A program made the translations under genes and the position numbers. From NCBI GenBank assembly GCA_038042015.1, contig JBBTFC010000068.1:3851-55692 (forward strand): 51,842 bases of DNA. The letters run 5' to 3'. The notes under the pieces were generated by a model that had not been told where the DNA came from, made no database searches, and saw nothing but the letters and a program-made list of their open reading frames with translations. Below, piece by piece: positions 17,184-25,495 of this stretch (its first letter is position 1; each line of letters opens with the position of its first letter). Source of the DNA: Deltaproteobacteria bacterium. GTDB lineage: Bacteria > Desulfobacterota > GWC2-55-46 > UBA9637.

Positions 17184-17255
17184 CAGGAGAGGGGCTTGTC
17201 CCCTCCTGTGGTGGGACAGGCATCTTGCCTGTCATCACAGGCTGGAAGCCTGTGC
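17184..17255. other. Three consecutive GC-rich hairpins in the intercistronic spacer between the 26-heme and 16-heme genes
   Basis: The hairpins are caggagaggggcttgtcccctcctg (17184-17208), gacaggcatcttgcctgtc (17215-17233, 8-bp perfect stem) and cacaggctggaagcctgtg (17237-17255, 7-bp perfect stem). Confidence 0.8.
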
Positions 17256-17294
17256 CACTGGAGACCACAAGGATCTCTCCTACAATAATACCCC

Positions 17295-19232
17295 TTATAA
17301 CTTTTGATGGCACCTGTCGCATTCTCCTTTTTCAAAAGGAGTATGCATTATCTTATGTATAAGCCTTTTATCCTTTCCTGCATGAGGCTCATGACAGCCA
17401 AGACAGTCAGCGCCCTTTGTAGAGATATTCCCATGCGCCTTTACGAATTTTGCATCTCCCTGGTTTGCATGGCAATTATTGCACAATGTGTCACCCCTCG
17501 CTATCAATAGCCCTCTCTCATTTGAATAATGCGCAGAATGACATTTTTGGCAATCACCGTCTGCAACAGGCCTATGGGTAACAATATCCTTTTCCTTTAA
17601 ACTCTTATCAAATTCTGCATGACAAGAAAGGCACAAACTTTTAAGAGGACGCGGTAAAAGTCCCTTTATTTTACTGCCGTGCGGCCTGTGACAGTCAATA
17701 CATTTTTCTTCAAATACCGGCTTATGAGGATATTTTGCAATCTGAATGCCAATTTTAGTGTCTTTATGGCAATTATAACAAAGAGCGCCTTTCTCTTCCG
17801 TCAACTGTTTTGTATTATTGCTGGCATGCGCATCATGGCAGCTAAGACATTTGCCTTCCTTGAAAACAGGGTGTGTCCCTTGTTCCCCTATCTCTCTTAG
17901 CATACCGGAATGACATTTAAAACACAATTCCTCTTCCTTTAATAAAGCAAGTTTCTTTACCTCGCTTGCATGGGGGTTATGGCAGGCAGTACATGCCCCA
18001 TCCCTTACCTTGGGATGCCTTGTCACTTTATTAAATTTCTTTTTTTCCTGGCTGTGGCAGCTATAACACAGGTCTTCAACAGGTGAAACCAGTTCAAAAT
18101 TATAATCTGACGCATGGGCATCATGACACGGCAGGCAATTATTCTGAGCAATAGGGGCATGCGTTACCGTCTTAACAAAACCGTCCTTATTGTGACATTT
18201 ATAGCAAAGTTGGGCGCCAACTACACGAAGCGCATCCTTATTGTCAGAGGCATGTGGGTCATGGCAGCCGGAGCAATCTCCCTTGGCTATCGGAGTATGG
18301 GTAAACTTCTTTGCATGCCTCTTTTCTGTAGCTTTGTGGCAGCTATAGCAAAGCGGCTTTTCCGGTATCAAAAGCTCATTCTTCTGGTCAGTTGCGTGGG
18401 GACTATGACATGCTGTGCAGTCCCCTTTAAGAACAGGCGAATGAACAAGTGCCTTTTTAAACCCATTTTCCTGGGCAGTATGGCAAGTATAGCAAAGTTT
18501 ATCAGCTTGAAGTTTTGTTTTTAACGGTTCTTTTGAATCAGGAGAATTATGGCAGTCACTGCATTTTCTCTGGCCAAATGGCCCGTGATTGTATTCCCTT
18601 ACAAGCTTATCGCTTGACGAAGAGTGCGGAGTATGGCATGAAAGACAGTTGGTTCCTGCAACCTTATAATTAAAGTGTCCATCTGTAAATTTTACAGCAT
18701 TTACATCATGGCACTTTTCACACAACTTATTGCCTTTTTCAAGCAGGTTATAGCCATGCTCTGAGGAATGCGGATTATGACAGTTGTCGCAGCCGTCCGC
18801 AACTGCCTTGTGGATTGTCTTTTTTGCAAAAGGCCCCTTTGCATGGCAAAGATAGCATAGGTCATTTCCTGAAACCCTTGTAAGCCCTTTTAATTTTGAA
18901 GAGTGCGGATTATGACATTTAAGACATATACCTTGTGTTAACGGCGTATGCAGCGGCGCTTTTTCAAGTCTTGACCTGTCTTTTTCATGACACTGATAGC
19001 AGAGTTTTGCGTCTTTTTCCTTTAGTCTTAACGCCCCGATAAGGCCGTGCGGTATGTGACAAGCTTCGCAGTTGTTGTCAGCAAGGGGCTTATGCAGATT
19101 CCCCTCCTTGTATTTCAACATCTCTTTCTGGTGGCAATCCGAACAGGACTTTCTTACTATTCTTGTGCCCATACAACCTGACAGCATCAAGGTTGCAGCA
19201 AGGATTATCAACGAAAAACGAATAGGCTTCAA
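17295..19232 (-). CDS. Multiheme cytochrome c lipoprotein, 26 heme-binding motifs
   Basis: 645 aa with a TTG start and AGGAGG 8 nt upstream. The lipobox is ATLMLSGC. I counted 26 CXXCH motifs arranged as a roughly 45-aa repeating doubled-CXXCH unit. Confidence 0.9.
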   Translation of the reverse strand: MKPIRFSLIILAATLMLSGCMGTRIVRKSCSDCHQKEMLKYKEGNLHKPLADNNCEACHIPHGLIGALRLKEKDAKLCYQCHEKDRSRLEKAPLHTPLTQGICLKCHNPHSSKLKGLTRVSGNDLCYLCHAKGPFAKKTIHKAVADGCDNCHNPHSSEHGYNLLEKGNKLCEKCHDVNAVKFTDGHFNYKVAGTNCLSCHTPHSSSSDKLVREYNHGPFGQRKCSDCHNSPDSKEPLKTKLQADKLCYTCHTAQENGFKKALVHSPVLKGDCTACHSPHATDQKNELLIPEKPLCYSCHKATEKRHAKKFTHTPIAKGDCSGCHDPHASDNKDALRVVGAQLCYKCHNKDGFVKTVTHAPIAQNNCLPCHDAHASDYNFELVSPVEDLCYSCHSQEKKKFNKVTRHPKVRDGACTACHNPHASEVKKLALLKEEELCFKCHSGMLREIGEQGTHPVFKEGKCLSCHDAHASNNTKQLTEEKGALCYNCHKDTKIGIQIAKYPHKPVFEEKCIDCHRPHGSKIKGLLPRPLKSLCLSCHAEFDKSLKEKDIVTHRPVADGDCQKCHSAHYSNERGLLIARGDTLCNNCHANQGDAKFVKAHGNISTKGADCLGCHEPHAGKDKRLIHKIMHTPFEKGECDRCHQKL

Positions 19233-19258
19233 ACTTCTTTCCTCCTGATTACAGAAGA

Positions 19259-19286
19259 CAAGGGCGAACCTGTGTGTTCGCCCTTG
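19259..19286 (-). terminator. Probable intrinsic terminator or attenuating hairpin after the PPIase gene
   Basis: caagggcgaac-ctgtgt-gttcgcccttg has an 11-bp perfect stem. On the minus strand it is followed by TCTTCTGTAATC, which is only moderately U-rich. It separates the two envelope/cytochrome operons. Confidence 0.5.
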
Positions 19287-19303
19287 TTAGGGCAGACACG
19301 TAG

Positions 19304-20836
19304 CTACTTGCCTTGCAGTTTATCAAGTTCCTTCTGGTTTATCTCTATTGCCACTGTTTCTCTTAGCTGTTTGATATATCCATTTAATGCACCATTAAAC
19401 ATCTCCCTTCCAACTATCGTATCTATTTCGCTTCTCACCCTGTCAAACGGTATATATGCGCCCTTTTCAAGGCCGCGAAACTCTATAATAGCATAACCCG
19501 CCTCTGAAGAAAACGGCCCTAATATATCTCCTTCTTTTGCCCTCTGAATAGCCTTGTTAATGTCACCAGAGAGTTGATTTGTCTCCACCCAACCGATATC
19601 CCCTCCTTTTTCCCTGGAAGTGTCTACTGATTTTTCTCTTGCAAGATATGAAAAGTCGCCGCCTTTTTTAAGGTCATCAAATATGGTCTTCGCCTCTCCC
19701 TCATCCCCTAAATGTATCATCCTTAAATTTACCCTGTCAGACCCCCTGTAGTTTTCCTGATTTGCCTTATAATAGTCCAAAATATCGTTCTCATCAACTT
19801 TTATTGCAGGAAGAATGGCCTTTTTCTTAAACTGCTCTATAAGCTGCGGCTCCTTGTATTTCTTTATCTTTGCCTTAATCTGTTCATCATTCTCATAACC
19901 CATGTTCATTGCCTTATGGTCAAGAAGCTTATACAGGACAAGCTTATCTAAAACTTCCTTTTTTGCATCCTCACCCTGTGCCTTAGAAGAGATCAGTTCT
20001 CTTAATACATCTATGCCTAATATGGATTCACCATTCACATTTGCAACATCTTTGCCAAAAAGTTCGGTTTTATCACGGGAGAGTGCGCTTAAAACCTCAT
20101 TATCTATCTTCACCTTTGCCTTTTTTCTAAGTTCATCAAAATATTCCTTTTCCCTTTCTTTTGTCTTTATATCAAAAAAACCTTTTCTGATTACATCCCT
20201 GTCCGCAGCCGACATCTTCGGCGGCTCTTCCTTTTTATCCGAATCTTTTTTAACCTCTTCTTTTGCAGCATCTGTCTTTTCTTTTTCAGCCTTTTCTTTA
20301 TCGGCTTTTTCCTGAGCTTTTTCCTTTTCCTCTTCTTTCTTCTTTAATTGTTCATGGTAATAGTCTTCTATCTCTTTATCTTCCACTTTAATCTTATTTA
20401 ATATCTCTTCCTGACGGAGCTTGTCCAAAAACAGATTAAGGGCAAAGTTATCCATGACCATTATAAAATCTGCCTCTTTATCCAGCCCCAGATTTCTGGC
20501 CTCTATTGCCATAAGCTTATTGTCTATGAGCTCGCTTAGAAACTTGCCAAAATCCTGCATTGCAAAAGAGGTTTGCTCAGAAAGGTTCCTGCCTACCCGG
20601 CTGCTTTTGTGCAGTTTATCTATCTTGTCTAAAAACTCATCTTTTGTAATAATCTCATCCCCAACCCTGGCAATATACACCTCTTTTTTTGCGGAGGTAA
20701 AGGGCCAGAAACCGAAAGAATCTCCGGTCCCCCCTATAAAAACGAAAAAGATAAAAACCGTGGTCAGGAAAACAATATCCCTTAATCTTCTGATCTCTGA
20801 CTTATGCCTTCTGACTCCTGACTTCTTTATCATCAT
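19304..20836 (-). CDS. Membrane-anchored parvulin-type peptidyl-prolyl isomerase (SurA/PpiD-like)
   Basis: It has an N-terminal TM helix and a SurA-N-like helical region with a K/E-rich insert. The C-terminal PpiC domain shows LRMIHLGDEGEAKTIFDDLKKGGDFSYLAREKSVD...GGDIGWV. Confidence 0.8.
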   Translation of the reverse strand: MMIKKSGVRRHKSEIRRLRDIVFLTTVFIFFVFIGGTGDSFGFWPFTSAKKEVYIARVGDEIITKDEFLDKIDKLHKSSRVGRNLSEQTSFAMQDFGKFLSELIDNKLMAIEARNLGLDKEADFIMVMDNFALNLFLDKLRQEEILNKIKVEDKEIEDYYHEQLKKKEEEKEKAQEKADKEKAEKEKTDAAKEEVKKDSDKKEEPPKMSAADRDVIRKGFFDIKTKEREKEYFDELRKKAKVKIDNEVLSALSRDKTELFGKDVANVNGESILGIDVLRELISSKAQGEDAKKEVLDKLVLYKLLDHKAMNMGYENDEQIKAKIKKYKEPQLIEQFKKKAILPAIKVDENDILDYYKANQENYRGSDRVNLRMIHLGDEGEAKTIFDDLKKGGDFSYLAREKSVDTSREKGGDIGWVETNQLSGDINKAIQRAKEGDILGPFSSEAGYAIIEFRGLEKGAYIPFDRVRSEIDTIVGREMFNGALNGYIKQLRETVAIEINQKELDKLQGK

Positions 20837-20837
20837 C

Positions 20838-21431
20838 TTATTTTATTGTGTCTATCATCTCCCTGACAACTTTCTGCGTAAGCGCGGTTAGAGACCTCAC
20901 CTCGCCGAGGTCAAGGACAATAATATAATCATCCCCTTTTCTCTTATTTTGGCCTGACCATATGAGCTTGCCGGTATTAGAGTCAATCATCCTTGCGGTG
21001 ATTGCAACCGTTGGCACAGAATACGCGCCGCCAGCCTCGGCAAATTCTTCTACTGTGCCGGTCATAACAGCATCTACGCCAAGACGTTTGCCAAGGATCT
21101 TCAACCTTTCTATTTCAATCTCACCTATGGTGTCCATCCTTTCCTGTATCATAAACTGAACTATGTTGCCGGTCTCTTCTACATTAAACCTGTCGGTTTT
21201 AAACATCTCAGTGACAAATATATTGGCAACCACCTTGCCGGCATCCCGATACCCGCTTATATTGTAAAATGGAAGTATAGCCACCTTTTTTGAGGCATGG
21301 GGTGAAAGAGCCTCCCGTGACAAAACTGCGCAACCTACTATAAGCAACGGAGTTAAAAACAAGGTTAAGACCAAATTAAAAATCTTTAACCAGTATCCGG
21401 GATTCAACCTTGACAATGGCTCTTTATTCAT
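20838..21431 (-). CDS. Small lipoprotein, TolB-N/LpoB/CsgG-like fold predicted (paralog 1 of 3)
   Basis: The lipobox is LLIVGC. The core KKVAILPFYNISGYRDAGKVVANIF...LGVDAVMTGTVEEF...ITARMIDSNTGKLIW is shared with 24861-25439 and with the N-terminus of 23225-24748. Confidence 0.65.
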   Translation of the reverse strand: MNKEPLSRLNPGYWLKIFNLVLTLFLTPLLIVGCAVLSREALSPHASKKVAILPFYNISGYRDAGKVVANIFVTEMFKTDRFNVEETGNIVQFMIQERMDTIGEIEIERLKILGKRLGVDAVMTGTVEEFAEAGGAYSVPTVAITARMIDSNTGKLIWSGQNKRKGDDYIIVLDLGEVRSLTALTQKVVREMIDTIK

Positions 21432-21982
21432 AACTGAAATTCTTTAACAGCCTCTTCTAATCTTTTCTGCACATCTAAAATCTTTTTTATATGCTCATCC
21501 CCTTTGTTTACATTGTTAGAGCAAACTGCAAGTTCATCTGATGCTGTCTTAATTTTCCCCAATTTTAACTTAAGCTTTTCAATCATAATATTCAGGGCTT
21601 CAGCAAGTTCCCCGACCTCATCACCCTTACGGACTGAAAACCTTACAGTGAGATTACCCTCGCCAACTTTTTCCTTAATTTCCTTCTCCATCCTGTATAA
21701 AGGACCTGCTATCTTGTGAGGGAAAAAGAGGGCTATGATAAATGCTACAATAATGCCGATAATCAAAGCAATTACAATAGCCGGCAGAAGGAAATCCAGA
21801 AAATTTCTCGCCTGTATATGAAAGTGTCTGAATGACTGACCTATCTCCTGATTACTGTAAATGTAGAAGAAGGCAGAGAGTATCGCTGTGTTTATCAAGA
21901 CAATCAGCATTACCCTTACGAGCAACCTTAACTGCATATGCCTATTTATAGAGTAATTTATAACGCTTCTTCTATTCTGCAT
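21428..21982 (-). CDS. Two-TM HAMP-domain protein with no recognisable output domain
   Basis: It has two hydrophobic helices, a HAMP-like segment (IAGPLYRMEKEIKEKVGEGNLTVRFSVRKGDEVGELAEALNIMIEKL) and a short coiled coil. It overlaps the next gene by 4 nt. Confidence 0.65.
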   Translation of the reverse strand: MQNRRSVINYSINRHMQLRLLVRVMLIVLINTAILSAFFYIYSNQEIGQSFRHFHIQARNFLDFLLPAIVIALIIGIIVAFIIALFFPHKIAGPLYRMEKEIKEKVGEGNLTVRFSVRKGDEVGELAEALNIMIEKLKLKLGKIKTASDELAVCSNNVNKGDEHIKKILDVQKRLEEAVKEFQL

Positions 21983-22004
21983 TATGGCCTCCCTTTACTC
22001 GCTC

Positions 22005-22049
22005 CGCGAGAATTGCAAATCGCAAATTTTAAATTTTTATCTTACAATT
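22005..22049. repeat. AT-rich word repeat, family C copy 2
   Basis: cgcgagaattgcaaatcgcaaattttaaatttttatcttacaatttta contains the same 14-mer gcaaattttaaatt (22022-22035) as 9319-9332. Confidence 0.75.
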
Positions 22050-23222
22050 TTAGATATACGGTTCGCCTGTATGGCATGAGATGCACAGGTCTCTTCCAGA
22101 ATCCATCCTTATAAAATATCTTTTATTGCCGCCATGAGGGTTGTGGCATGTAACGCAGGTTATTACACCGCCTTCTATGGTCGGAAGAGCAGACGAAATT
22201 TTTGTTTTTAAGCCCTTGCTCCTCATCCCAACAGGGTGCGATGCGCCTTGCGGGTGACACTTAACACACGCATCTATCATGGAAACCCTTTCAGGAACCA
22301 AACCGAAACCATGCTTATCAATCTCAGCAGGCTCAGTGACTATTAAATATGCCTTCACAGGCTTATCGCTTAGAAGTTTAAGAAAAATATCTTTTGTACC
22401 TTTTATTTTAAAGGCATTGGCCTCTTTTATTTCAGGTAGTGTCTTATCTATAATCCTTGCGCCTTCCCCCTTATCACTAATTTTCATGGATGTATCAAGC
22501 ACAAAATTATTTGACACGGTTTCATTGCCGAATATATCTCTGGATATTACGCGATAATGGTACTGCTTGCCTGGCCTCAGCCCCGCTATTGTTATTTTGT
22601 GCCCATTTGCAAATATCTTCTCATATACTGCTGTTTCCCCATACCGGGGAGTTAATCCGTACTCCACAATTGAGTTGCACGGCTTATCTGTATCCCATGC
22701 AATTACTGCCTCAAGAAATACAGCCTGCCTTATTTCTGCTACTGCCACATTCCTGATGAGAGGCGGCTTCCGGTCATTATCCATAGAGGCATTCACCTGT
22801 GATGGTATAAGTTGCAAAGAATTAACTTTTACCTCATTCCCTGCGCTATCCTTTACTTTCAAATCCAACTGATATTTTCTGTCCCAGGACAGGTCCTTCA
22901 AAAAAAATATCTGTTCTCTCTGACCAGACAGGGAGGCAACCTCCCATACCCTGCCTGTTTTAGTAAACCCCTTTAAAATATGACACAGTTCACATTTATC
23001 CTCTTCTACAACAGAATGCCGGTATTGTAATGCCGCGATCCGCGCATATACATCATCCAGCTTAAGTTCTAAGGCCTTTGAGCCGGAATGGCAATCTCTG
23101 CAGCCGCCTGAGCCTCCATTTCTGCTCCAAGACAAGTCGCCGGGTGCCGCCAGTAGTAAAAACCATATAAAAACAACTACCGCAAGGACCAAAAGGGCTG
23201 ATGAAAGGATGTACTTACCCAT
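22050..23222 (-). CDS. Membrane-anchored pentaheme cytochrome c with a central FN3-like domain
   Basis: It has an N-terminal TM helix and five CXXCH motifs (CRDCH, CELCH, CVKCH, CVTCH, CISCH). The central AWDTDKPCNSIVEYGLTPRYGE...ITIAGLRPGKQYHYRVISRDIFGNE is the fibronectin-III / purple-acid-phosphatase-N type signature. Confidence 0.8.
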   Translation of the reverse strand: MGKYILSSALLVLAVVVFIWFLLLAAPGDLSWSRNGGSGGCRDCHSGSKALELKLDDVYARIAALQYRHSVVEEDKCELCHILKGFTKTGRVWEVASLSGQREQIFFLKDLSWDRKYQLDLKVKDSAGNEVKVNSLQLIPSQVNASMDNDRKPPLIRNVAVAEIRQAVFLEAVIAWDTDKPCNSIVEYGLTPRYGETAVYEKIFANGHKITIAGLRPGKQYHYRVISRDIFGNETVSNNFVLDTSMKISDKGEGARIIDKTLPEIKEANAFKIKGTKDIFLKLLSDKPVKAYLIVTEPAEIDKHGFGLVPERVSMIDACVKCHPQGASHPVGMRSKGLKTKISSALPTIEGGVITCVTCHNPHGGNKRYFIRMDSGRDLCISCHTGEPYI

Positions 23223-23224
23223 GC

Positions 23225-24748
23225 CTAAAAGTCCTCAGCCAATTGACCCTTTTGATCCGCCTTTGCAAACGGGGTTTTTCTGGAAAGGATGGATGGTATT
23301 GATTTGGTTAAGTTGAATGGATTGTCCGCATTATCTACAGCAGTAAGTGAAAATGCCATTGAATTTATATCAAATTCTGCTTCCACAAAGTATTCCACTT
23401 TTGGCGGAAACTCGCCTGTCCCTTCAATTGTCTTTACAGGCTTGCCTCCTCTATCAAGTATGGATAGCTTCCATGATTTTATATCATCATCAGGGCTATG
23501 CCTGAAAGTAAACAGCACCTTGTCTTCTATCTTATCCATATCAACTTCTATAACAGGGGGGGTGTTCTTTATCTTTAAGCTGTCGGTCAAAACGGCTTCA
23601 TTCCCAGCAATATCTTTTACCACAAACCTGTATGTATATTCTCCATCTGATGCCTGAACAAGTCTATCTGTTTCACCCCTCCAGATGAGTCCCTTGGGCA
23701 GCTTGCCATATCCTTTATCGCCCCTCATCATCTTCCCTTTTTTATCAAGGATTTCTATTTCCCATTCATCAATCTCATCAAAACTCAGAAGCCTGGGGGT
23801 AAATATTATATAACCCTTTCTCTGGGGGGCAAAAATTTTCCTGTTAATCGTCAAGCTAACCTTTGGCGGTGTGCTGTCAACAATCATCTTCCCTACGGCG
23901 CCAAATGGAAATAACGACATTGCCCCATCTCTTGCAACCACATCTACAGGATATATCCCTTCCTGAAGAGGCGCAGTCATAACCCCTTCATATTCCCCAT
24001 CCTCTCCTTTGACAAGGCTTATTTCAGCGCCATCAACTACAGCCTTTACCTCTTTTGGCTCCTCTGTGATAGACACTACCTTTACTCTTAACCCAACCCT
24101 TGCCCCACCCTTTGCTACAGTAGGAAATGTATCCGCCTTTTCTATCTCAAACGGACTTAGCCCCGTCTCTTTTATGAAAAACTGGGCTGCTATGCCCTTT
24201 ACAAGATCCTTTGCAACCCTTGAACTTAAGACATCAACTGATGTTATAAGACCAAATCCAAGAAGACCAACAAAATCCCGTTCTGTGTAAGAAATGGTGT
24301 CTGCCCATATTACGCTGCCGTCAATGGTATTAACCAAACGGGCTGTCACCGCCACGTTCATCCTGCCATTTACGTCAGAGAACTGGTTTATCGAACCAAC
24401 CAGCACAGCATCAACCCCAAGAACTTTTCCCATTTCTCTTACAGCCAGCCTTGTTACGCCGCCGGTATAACGGATCCTCCTCTTTGCAAGAAATTCCTCA
24501 ACAGTGTCGTCAATGGTTATAAACACCAACCCCTTGCCTCTCAATTCCTTTTTTATAAGCTCGGTAATAGTCTTTGTGGCAATAGGGTTTTCACTAAGAT
24601 TTTCAAACGGCAGAATAGAGATATCCTTTAAAATAATAGGCTGGCTTGAGTTATTACCAAGCCCATTACCTATTGCCGCAATTGGAGGAATGGCAAAAAC
24701 AAAAAGACAGGAGATGGAAGACAGAAGACAGCATAAGAAGATTCTCAT
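23225..24748 (-). CDS. Large secreted or lipoprotein: TolB-N/LpoB-like module (paralog 2) plus Ig-like (FlgD-Ig type) repeats
   Basis: The start is set at MRIFLCCLLSSISCLFVFA (24748). The N-terminal module is ISILPFENLSENPIATKTITE...LGVDAVLVGSINQF...VTARLVNTIDGSVIW. The C-terminal repeats are of the kind WEIEILDKKGKMM...WRGETD...DGEYTYRFVVKDIAGNE. Confidence 0.65.
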   Translation of the reverse strand: MRIFLCCLLSSISCLFVFAIPPIAAIGNGLGNNSSQPIILKDISILPFENLSENPIATKTITELIKKELRGKGLVFITIDDTVEEFLAKRRIRYTGGVTRLAVREMGKVLGVDAVLVGSINQFSDVNGRMNVAVTARLVNTIDGSVIWADTISYTERDFVGLLGFGLITSVDVLSSRVAKDLVKGIAAQFFIKETGLSPFEIEKADTFPTVAKGGARVGLRVKVVSITEEPKEVKAVVDGAEISLVKGEDGEYEGVMTAPLQEGIYPVDVVARDGAMSLFPFGAVGKMIVDSTPPKVSLTINRKIFAPQRKGYIIFTPRLLSFDEIDEWEIEILDKKGKMMRGDKGYGKLPKGLIWRGETDRLVQASDGEYTYRFVVKDIAGNEAVLTDSLKIKNTPPVIEVDMDKIEDKVLFTFRHSPDDDIKSWKLSILDRGGKPVKTIEGTGEFPPKVEYFVEAEFDINSMAFSLTAVDNADNPFNLTKSIPSILSRKTPFAKADQKGQLAEDF

Positions 24749-24860
24749 TCTCGATTTTTGCCCCGCATGGAATACTGGGGTGATTTTTAGCTTCCTTTGT
24801 CTGTTCACAACTCCCCTCCTCCTGGTTTTCAAAGCTAAGGCATTAAAACACAATAAACCG

Positions 24861-25439
24861 CTACAATAGGGTATCCAGCGCGCTCTTCACTGCCCTTCTT
24901 GTCAATTCGCTTCTATCTACCTCCTCAATACCTATCAACTTTCTCAAAACACTCCTGCTCGTCTCGGTGGCCTTTGCCTGCCATAGGATTATACCTGAAC
25001 CTGTATCAATCATCCTGGCGCCAATTGACACAATACTGCCGCCACTACCCGCGCCTGAATATTCATCTACACTCCCAAGTATTACAGCCTGCACACTCAA
25101 TTTCTCTCCAATCAGTTTTAGCGTCTCCTTATCTACCGGCACAGCCCTGCCTTCTTCAACGCCAGCCTCTCTGAATATTACACTAAGAACCTTTGTAACC
25201 TCTCCCTGCTCCACCACCTCAAAGACCCCCCTGGACATAAGGTCTACAATCAAGGAGTTTCTTATCCTTTCACCCGCATACCTGTCATCACTAAGATTAT
25301 TGAACGGCAGCACCGCTATTTTCTTTATGTATGAAAAGTTGGCTGTCGGATTAATATACCTTACTGTAGACCCGCAGCCTCCAATAAAGATAAGGAAAAA
25401 TAAAACCACACCCCCCCTTTTCACATAACTATTATACAT
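24861..25439 (-). CDS. Small lipoprotein, TolB-N/LpoB/CsgG-like fold predicted (paralog 3 of 3)
   Basis: The lipobox is LIFIGGC. The core is KKIAVLPFNNLSDDRYAGERIRNSL...LSVQAVILGSVDEY...IGARMIDTGSGIILW. Confidence 0.65.
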   Translation of the reverse strand: MYNSYVKRGGVVLFFLIFIGGCGSTVRYINPTANFSYIKKIAVLPFNNLSDDRYAGERIRNSLIVDLMSRGVFEVVEQGEVTKVLSVIFREAGVEEGRAVPVDKETLKLIGEKLSVQAVILGSVDEYSGAGSGGSIVSIGARMIDTGSGIILWQAKATETSRSVLRKLIGIEEVDRSELTRRAVKSALDTLL

Positions 25440-25495
25440 TATTCCTCCTTTTATGCAAGGTTTTTTATACTGTTATTAATATCCCGCCCTCTCGC

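Noticed and set aside
20170-20345. Low-complexity purine/pyrimidine-skewed DNA that looks like a repeat
   Set aside because: It encodes a K/E-rich insert (KKKEEEKEKAQEKADKEKAEKEKTDAAKEEVKKDSDKKEE) of the PPIase. It is compositional low complexity, not a discrete repeat element.
24749-24853. N-terminal extension of ORF 23225-24853 (MCFNALALKTRRRG...)
   Set aside because: The internal Met at 24748 is immediately followed by a signal peptide (MRIFLCCLLSSISCLFVFA). The extension is basic, unstructured-looking and lacks an RBS. The same logic removed 27686-27730 from the barrel gene, 9287-9322 from porG and 6180-6233 from mglB.
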